Shown piece after piece: positions 54,023 through 64,000 of a stretch of 64,000 bases of DNA. The notes beneath the pieces were generated by a model. It searched no databases, had not been told where the DNA came from, and saw only the letters and a program-made list of their open reading frames with translations. Position 1 is the stretch's first letter. The number at the start of each line of letters is the position of its first letter. The DNA lies in NCBI GenBank assembly GCA_964016885.1, contig OZ024741.1, positions 357,120,001 through 357,184,000 of the forward strand, given 5' to 3'. A program made the translations under genes and the position numbers. This DNA is from Eledone cirrhosa (taxonomy: Eukaryota).

Positions 54023-55895
54023 ATATAACAGGATGAACATTACTGGTGACCGTGTGGGCGCGATATCCATTCTGCCTATGCAGTCCCCTGCACAGCTCCA
54101 GGCATGATATCCACTAGGCGTAAGCAGTCATCTGCATAGCTCCAGGCGCAGCTGGTCTTGTTTAAACGTTCATAGATCACCTGGGGTTCACTATTATCTG
54201 CGTGGACTCTCTGGGAGATGTACCTGTGGATCTAATAGCCAGTGGTTGCCGGATGTGGTCCGTTCGATCCTTTAGTTTCAGGGGTTGAACGCTTTCGCGA
54301 TAGACGAGCCTGCTGGTTCTAAGTCCAAGGTTTCGCCACGCATGATGTATTGGTCCACATGCTATATCGTTAAAAAACCAGTGTGGATTTGACTGGGGTG
54401 GTATATTACGAACTCCAAGTCCACACGCGACTGGTCAAAAGCGAAGGGCTGTCCTCTCTTTGTTTGCTGTATGGGTCGTTCTCAGCCTAGATGGTGGTCA
54501 TGTTATCCATATTCCGTCAGCCCTGTATATTCAAGACAGATCAGGGTATGTATTTGCGGGTATGGTCCTGCGTCTACGTTATCCAGAGGGTCTCGCTTGT
54601 GGTATTTTCAAGTTCGCATGTCATCTCCCGGTCAAGACTGCGCATGCTTCGGTGAATCTCAAGCATGGAATCTTAGGGTATCATATTACACGGGGTGACC
54701 AGCAGAAAATATACATTCTATGCTATCGCGCACGCGCTGGCCTGTGGCTACGACCGTGTCCAGTCTCGGGTAGTAGCAGACAGCAGGTAGACCAGCTATA
54801 CACACCCCTGATCAAGGGGCACAACCCCTAACTTATCGAGTGGTCAGACTTCAAGGGAGTCAACTCTCCAAGCCCATTATGTCGACCGTGGTGAAATACA
54901 AAAAAAAATTCCTATTAGTAAAGAACTAATCACTGATAATAAAGAACCAGCTCAAAAGAATGGGGGGGGGGGCATCTATTTGGGCGGGGGTTTACTAGGG
55001 GAGGGGTGGGGGTGAGTTGCTATAGGCAGGGAGCGGCCGCCATATTGGGTGTTTTGTTACTGTTTCCCTAGGCAGTTCTCGAGTTTGTTGACATACATCT
55101 CCGACGGCACCCTCTCAGATTAGTCAACGTGGTTCCAGGCCCTCACGATGTCCTGCATCGCAGGCATCAGCTGCCCCCAGGTTGCCCAGCAACAGTGTTG
55201 CCACCAATCCCAGGTTGGCAATTGGGACACAGGGTCGTCTGTTCCTCACCAGAGTCCCCATCCCCAATCGGGGAGCCGAGGCATCCATGCGGCCGGGGTT
55301 ACCACAGAGCACCCTGTACGCCAGCGGGGCCGCCACGTGCAGGACTGGGTGGTGTCATGGCTATGTGTCCGGTCTGAAGAAAAAGAAAGAGCTAAGTATG
55401 GTATGGGGGCAGGACGAGAAGATTTCTGATCTCCTGTTGAGCAAGTTGAGCCCTGAGAATACTATGGCATGAGATTCAGATAGGCACAGGCTACAACACC
55501 TGCTCAACGAGCTATATGGAGGAGCCTTAGTAAGGCATCTCCAGCTGAGTGTGTAGGGGGTTTTTGTTTGTTTTAAGCTATGTATATGCCCCGCTAACGA
55601 CGTGGTATTTTTAAGCTTCTCATATCGGAAGCTATACTGGTGGGCGTTGAACCTCGTCTTGAACTCATTAGCGGTTGATCCTACGTACGTCTTAGTATAC
55701 GTGCCTGTGGTTACGTTACAAGCATATACCACGTTCCTGATAAGGCAGTGTCCAGCTAGTGGGCATTTGTCCTTCTTTCTGCAATTACACTCTTTAGTAG
55801 GGACATGTCCCTCAATCAGGGGTGCATGTCCCTCCAAGCGGCCGCGGGGCTGCCTAGTGGGACCGGTTCTATTGCCTAATATCCCCCTGGGTCTT

Positions 55896-57796
<1,901 letters not shown>

Positions 57797-57974
57797 GTGT
57801 GTGTATTAGAAAGAGTAGGGGCCTAAGCTTTTGCCTTTTTAACACTTAATTCCAGACTCAGTCGAAACAGCAAGAGCTCAGCTGTCAAGTCCCGACTCTT
57901 TCTAATATAGTCACACTCTACTATTCCAAGTATTGAGTACTTTGTTGAATAATGGTCTTACTAGTTTAGTACTG

Positions 57975-58290
57975 TGAAAGTGTATGGCTTAGTGGTTAGA
58001 GCATTGGGCTTGCAATTGGAAGGTTGTGAGTTTGATTCTTGAACCAGGCCTTACATTGTATCCTTGAGCAAGACACTTTATTTCATGCTGCTCCAGTTTA
58101 CTTCACTGGTGTCAAACTGTATCAGCCATTGCCTTTCCCTTGGACATCATCGGTGGCGAGGAGAGGGGAAGATAGGATGCATGGACGACTGCTGGTCTTC
58201 CACAAACAACCTTGCCCAGACTTCTGCCTCAGAGGGAATCTTTCTAGGTGCAAATTCCATGGTCATTCATGATCAAAGGGGGTCTTTACT
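57975..58290 (+). mobile_element. tRNA-derived SINE (second family)
   Basis: TGGCTTAGTGG A-box, GAGTTTGATTC B-box, GTATCCTTGAGCAAGACACTTTA body shared with 60868-61150. Confidence 0.75.
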
Positions 58291-58412
58291 GGTTTAATCA
58301 TCACACACACATATATATAAGGGGTTGCTGAAAATGAAATTTGGAAATGGGTCAATCTAAAACTTTTTACCACCCCTCATATTACCACCACTACCAACAC
58401 CAACTCCACCAT

Positions 58413-58490
<78 letters not shown>

Positions 58491-58919
58491 TGGAGTATTC
58501 ACTTGTTTTCTAGTAGCCAGTAAAGAAATTTGAACCTGCAAGTTCATGAAACACTTGTAAATTATACAGTGCTCCTGCTGCTTTATAGGTAGCTAGTAAA
58601 AAATTATCTGAACTGAATCATCAAGAATTAACTATACAATACTGTCTGGAATACAATATAATGTTTGTTGGTGACTGGACATAGACTGTCAGCTTTTTAA
58701 CTGGTATTTAAATGGGACTTGACTGACTCAGCTAACTGTTATTCTCTTGTAACACACACACACATACATACATGGGTGCACAAGCACACATACACTTTTA
58801 TACACAGGTGCACATATACACATGTGCATGGGGGGGGGGGTGCACTGCACATACATGTACACATACACACACCTGCACGCACATACACACACAGAAACAC
58901 ACATACATTGGGTGGCTGT

Positions 58920-59017
58920 GGAGGAAGAGGAGGAGAAGAAGGAGGAGGAGAAGGAGAAGGAGAAGAAGAAGAAGAAGAAGAAGAAGAAGAAGAAGAAGAA
59001 GAAGAAGAAGAAGAAGG
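58920..59017. repeat. (GAA)n/(GGA)n trinucleotide repeat
   Basis: Direct inspection. Confidence 0.95.
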
Positions 59018-60780
59018 ATACACTTCACTACATTACACAATAAACTTCAGTGGAATATCATTTTAGTGGGCGTTAATTTGTGGAGTCATTAGAGCATAGT
59101 ACAAAATGCCTTCACAGTATTTGTTCTGTGCTCTGAGTTCACATCCTGCTGAAATCAGCTATGCCTTTCATCCTTTCTGAGTTAGTGGTGGATTAGCAGG
59201 ATTATTAGAGTGTTGGGTGAAATGCTTTTGTGATATTTGTCCTGTGTCTTTGCATTCTGAGTTCTTGGCTAGTAGAATTAATATGTTGCCCAGTTTAATA
59301 TGAGGACATGGTCTTTGATGCCTTTAGTTGAGTTCATTCTGTCACAAATATTAATCTCTGGTTTCAGAATAATTACCTCATACCAGTACTGAAGGCCCTA
59401 AAACAATAAAGGATCATGTGCGTTGCCCATCCTTTCCTGACTAATTCATAACCAACATCTTTCAATGAAATGTCCCCATTCATTTAACTCTATCAGGTGT
59501 AAATAGGTAACATGGTGAGGTCTGTAGTTCAACACTGTACAATTAACACAAGAAGTTTATTTAAAGGTGAGGGTTCCATTAGCTTGTACAAGCATGACTA
59601 AATAGTTAAGAAGTTTGCTTCACACTCATAAGGTCTCTGGTTTGATCCCACTGTGTAGCATCTTGGGCAAATTTCATTTACATGATCTTTAAACCATGTA
59701 AGTGAAATTGTAATGATGGAAACTGTTTCGAAGACTATCAGATAGAGTGTACCTGTAATTCAAAGGGCTAGCTTTATTACTCATTGTGTCATTGAAAATT
59801 ACATTAGCCCTTTAGCATTTACATTACTCTATATTTACTATTATATATTCATGGTAAAGGCTTTATCTCACATAATTATCTCACATAATCTCAAGTCTAC
59901 GAGATTTTGATGATTATTGTTTATTTTAAGAACGATATCTTAATGTCCGTGTGAGCTGCTGGTTACAGCTGGTTTCAAAAAGGTGAAATAATTCTAGCCA
60001 GATACAGCTGGTTTAAATGCTAGAGGGTCAAGGGTATATATGTATCTGTGGAATGCTCAGCTACTTTCATGTTAATTTCATGCACTGATTGCACTGTTGA
60101 TCAAACAACTGGATCAATTATCATTGAGACCAACAGTGGTCCATTCCATTCCAACACTTAAAGGATGAAGGAAACAGAGAACTACTTAAGTGTATCATAC
60201 CTTAAAATCATACGTCATCATAATCATCATCATTTAACTCAAGTGTACAGTACCTTAAATGATTGTCATCATCATCATCATTATCATTTAGTGTCTTTTT
60301 TCCTGCTAGGAATGATTACATTAGTCATCACAGACCAAATCAGTGGCCAGTCAGAACCACTGACCTCTCAAATAGGCCAAGGAGTGAATCTCATTTACAT
60401 ATGTTCTCAGATTAAACAGGACACATTTTATTGTGGCACCCACACTAGAGACATTTATGTCTTTGAAACAACTGAAGAGTCCTCTCAATCTGTTTTCTTT
60501 TTGACAAATGGATATGTAATCATTAGGGCTGTCCTGATGTCTTAACAGGTTATGAAGGTTATGGAGGTTGTGATAGAGGTGGTAGAGGTGATAATCATCA
60601 TCATCATAAACATGGAAATGATACTCGATATATTTTATAGTACCAGTATGAATGCCCTTCAGTATTTAGTTTTATCCTTCAATGTTCTGATTTCAAACCA
60701 GTTGGAACTACTTTTGCCTTTCACCTCACTAAGGTCGATAAATTAAGTTATGTACAGACTTCTATTCAATTGAGTCTACC

Positions 60781-60851
60781 ACCCCAGTGGTTCAGTGATA
60801 GAATGCTTGTCTGCCACTTGAGTGACCTGGGTTCAATTCCCAGCTGATGCA
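60781..60851 (+). pseudogene. tRNA-Gly(GCC) pseudogene
   Basis: ACCCCAGTGGTTCAGTGATAGAATGCTTGTCTGCCACTTGAGTGACCTGGGTTCAATTCCCAGCTGATGCA aligns by eye to metazoan tRNA-Gly-GCC; acceptor stem broken, CpG-type substitutions, T-rich run afterwards. Confidence 0.75.
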
Positions 60852-60867
60852 TCTTTATTTTATGTGA

Positions 60868-61150
60868 GAGCGCATGGCCTAGTAGTAAGGGTGTTGGACT
60901 TATGATCATAATGTTGTGGGTTCAATTCCTGGGCTGGGTTGTGTCTTGTGTTCTTGAGCAAAACACTTTATTTCACATTGCTCCAGTATACTCAGCTGAA
61001 AATGAGTACCAGCAATAGCTGGGAGTTTAACCCTGCAATGGAATAGCATCCTGTTCAAGAGGCAATCTTGTATTTATGGTCACTTCACACCATAAAATTG
61101 GGAAAAGCACCGACCTGACAAACCTCTTGGCTTGAGACAGACTTTAGACT
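60868..61150 (+). mobile_element. tRNA-derived SINE with CTCAGCTGAAAATGAGTACC central motif (Deu/Nin-like, from recall)
   Basis: TGGCCTAGTAG A-box, GGTTCAATTCC B-box, (ACTTAG)-type tail. Confidence 0.7.
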
Positions 61151-61584
61151 TAGACTCTGCTCTACAAATTTGTAACTTTGTGTCAATGTAAAGAATCAAT
61201 AGTTGGTTAGCCTAATTGCATTGTCAGACTAGAATGTTATTACCTAACTTAACTGCTCAAACTACTTTTTAATTAGGTATTTTAATTTTCATGTATTACC
61301 CCGTCAACATGGATTAATAACAAAAATTAAATTTAACCTGCTAGCAATTTGGATTAATTTACAATGCTTTATTCCTTCAACAAGATATACAGTATAGATG
61401 ATGTGATGAAACTGAAACTTCAAAGTCACTGCCACATTTCTAATGAGAAAATAACTCTCCACACTCTACCTACAAGTATTGAGTTCTATTTCAGTTAATG
61501 TTTGAATATTTTAAATACCATGATATTTTGAACATATGTGTGCATTTGTGTGTTGGTAAATGTTTATACGTGTGTATAAGTATA

Positions 61585-61975
61585 ACGGAAAAAATGAAAC
61601 AAAATTTCATTTCTCACTCTTAGTACGGCTGTTACTTAAATATAAGTATTCTCTATCGTACAGTATATATATATACATACATGCACACATATATATATGT
61701 ACGTATGGATTCACCGAACATTTATTATAATGCTCAGTGTGTTTGTAAACAAACATCCCGAATTAAGCCGTACAGTGTCTAGCAACCATCGTTGCTCATT
61801 TGTTCAACACTGACAAAGGAACGCTGTACTAGTTTCAAGCTTATTAGCTATCGTCAGCAACGTATACCTTCCTGCCAGATGATTGAACATCTGAAAGTAT
61901 ATACTTTCCTTATGCATATTAACGGCTGAGCAGCCTAATTTGCATATCGAATGAGTTAATCGGCCGGGGTACCGT
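61585..61975 (-). mobile_element. HHR-bearing non-coding retroelement (retrozyme/pLTR-like), copy 2, about 390-nt monomer
   Basis: Colinear homolog of the 51851-52328 island; flanked by TA/TG microsatellite. Confidence 0.75.
61821..61863 (-). ncRNA. Type I minimal hammerhead ribozyme
   Basis: acgttg-CTGACGA-tagct aata agctt-GAAA-ctag-TA-cagcgt; 6-bp stem I, GUA triplet. Confidence 0.85.
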
Positions 61976-62002
61976 ATACATATATGTATGTATGTATACA
62001 TA

Positions 62003-62061
<59 letters not shown>

Positions 62062-62149
62062 ATATGCAAATCAGGCCGATCAGTCACTATATATTTAAAA
62101 AAATATCATATATTTTCACTAGCTCTGACAGTTGGCAGGTAAGCAGTAT

Positions 62150-62193
62150 ACTGTACTGAAGGGTAATCACTCGGAAACATTAGTGTCTGCAGT
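62150..62193 (+). ncRNA. Hammerhead-like motif with altered core
   Basis: actgta-CTGAAGG-gtaatcactcg-GAAA-cattagtg-TC-tgcagt; stems I and III and GUC are present, the A9/stem II junction is non-canonical. Confidence 0.55.
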
Positions 62194-62327
62194 TCTGTTT
62201 ACATGCCAATACAAAAGCAAGAATGACGGGGTCTTTCTACTGAAATGGCTTAAAAAGAGGCTGTTTGCATAATTGCAAACAAATCGAATATTATTATTGA
62301 TATTCGAAAAACTCAGATTACATATAT

Positions 62328-62660
62328 ATCATCATCATCATCATCATCTTCGTTTAACGTCTGTTTTCCACGCTAGCATGGGTTAGACGGGAGTTGTCCC
62401 ACTTGAGGCAAGGCTGGTCGAGTGACCGTGTCTCGCTCATATAGGACTATCTGGCAGGTTTTCTACGGCTGGATGCCCTTCCTAACACCAACTACATTTA
62501 CAGTGTGGAACTGGGAACTTTTTACCCTGTTACCTACACGACCACATTACAGCGTCGACTGTGTGTTTTTTGTCGTGACACCTACACAAACTCGATCTCA
62601 TTTTCTCGTGCTGTTGGTGGGAGTGGGAGGATAGGGTAGGGGTAGTAGATTGGGGTGTAT
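62328..62660 (-). mobile_element. RTE 3' UTR fragment
   Basis: Matches the 3' UTR at 41266-41530, including the (ATC)n tail. Confidence 0.85.
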
Positions 62661-63897
62661 ATATATATATATATATATATATCATCATCATCACTTATGG
62701 GCCCATAACTCCTGGAGTTATAGGGGTACCCACTTCTTGACCATTTTAAAGCTGGCAAAGCCCATCCTTCTCCAAGTCAGAACACATTCAACTTCTTCCA
62801 GAGAAGGAAACAAAGTAATAGAGAAGTGAGAAAGAAGTGAGATTGGAATATAGAGGAAGAACCGACCACAGTACTGAGCTGATACTCTTTTACTGACCTT
62901 GAAAGGATGAAAGGCAAAGCTGACCATGGCAGAATTTCAACTCAGAGTGCCTCTGCACTGGAATGAATGTCGCAAAGCATCCTACCCAACATTCTAACAA
63001 CTCATTCTCTGAGTAGTGTGTGTGTGTGCAAATGTGTATGTGTGTGTGTGTGCATGTGAGTGGGGGGGGGCATGTGTGTGTGTGAGAGTGTGTGTGTGTG
63101 GTGCATGTGTGTGTGTGTGTGTGTGAGTGCATTTAGTGGGGTTACAAAAGAGTTTGTTTATCTGTTTAGTTCATTTGTAGTGATGTAGTAGGTGTTGCAA
63201 CAATGAAGTTGATGAAGTAGTTGAATGAATGGTTTCTTATTGAGAATTGTTGCTGTGAAGTCATGCTATGGTCAAGGAAACCAATAGTTGTATTCACTTG
63301 TGGTGGTGATGTGATATTGCCATGGAGAAACAATTTTCTCCATCAGATGGATATAAAATACAAATGAGCAAGTCACTGTTAATTCTTATATGTTTTTATT
63401 ATTTACATGATTTACTTTAAAATCATCTGCAGTAATAATGAACAATGGAAAAGGTACATGTATAATTGTAGAGTTTTAATAGTGTTGTGAATGTAGAATC
63501 TCAAAGTAATTAATTTACTAACCTTTGTGTTAATGTTGGTAGCCAGCTCTGCCTGCGCTGAGCCAGCGGAGCTAGCTAACCTGTGTGTGTGGCTACATGA
63601 CAAACTGTGCATGACTGACAGTCTGTGACAGACCTAAAAAACAGACTGAGCTAACCAGAGTCAAAACCTTATTTATAAGGATTGGGTGTCCAGAAAACAT
63701 TAAACACATGACCCTTGGTAATTTCCTTTTAAACCATGGCAGTTAATCTAAATGGCAACATTGTTAGCTAAAACAAAGGAATCGGTATCTCAGTTAGTTT
63801 GTCTGAGGTTAAAGGTCAGTGTGAGCCAATAATGTGATCACCCGAAAACATGGGAACAATCTCCAGTTTCGTTATATATATATATATAGTAGAGCAC

Positions 63898-63965
63898 TTA
63901 TTCAGAACTGATGAAATGAGAGGGTCAATCCTAGTCTTCCTAGTGAAACAGGTGTATTCAGATAA
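63898..63965 (+). ncRNA. Type I hammerhead ribozyme
   Basis: ttattcagaa-CTGATGA-aatgagagg..cttcctagt-GAAA-caggtg-TA-ttcagataa; follows (TA)n; AATAAA at 63995-64000; stem II partly decayed. Confidence 0.7.
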
Positions 63966-64000
63966 AGTATAATATATTGTTGATGTAATGATGTAATAAA

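Noticed and set aside
54460-55472. Short ORFs in the GC-richer PLE 3' region
   Set aside because: All are short (up to 123 aa), occur in several frames and lack domains; expected from base composition.

Overview
AT-rich, microsatellite-laden eukaryotic (animal) DNA. The repeat content looks cephalopod/octopus-like, which is an inference only. The one clear host gene is a class II DYRK kinase (DYRK2/3-like), read as an uninterrupted 1452-codon ORF on the minus strand (9314-13672). The rest is transposon-derived: a 5'-truncated Penelope-like element (RT + GIY-YIG) sitting in a (TA)n tract, several 5'-truncated RTE LINEs with (GAT)n tails, tRNA-derived SINEs, decayed Tc1/mariner elements, MITEs, two 35-bp minisatellites and a tRNA-Gly pseudogene. 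The main hidden signal is about 12 type I minimal hammerhead ribozyme (HHR) motifs from roughly 9 dissimilar sequence families. They lie in short islands, mostly bordered by (TA)n, are often arranged as inverted repeats, and are usually followed by AATAAA/ATTAAA. One marks the 3' end of the Penelope-like element. Another belongs to a ~390-nt unit that shows an end-to-start junction, as expected for a retrozyme-like tandem or circular template. The RTE family also carries a PHD-type C4HC3 finger inside its RT region. All folds and alignments were done by eye, so repeat boundaries are approximate.
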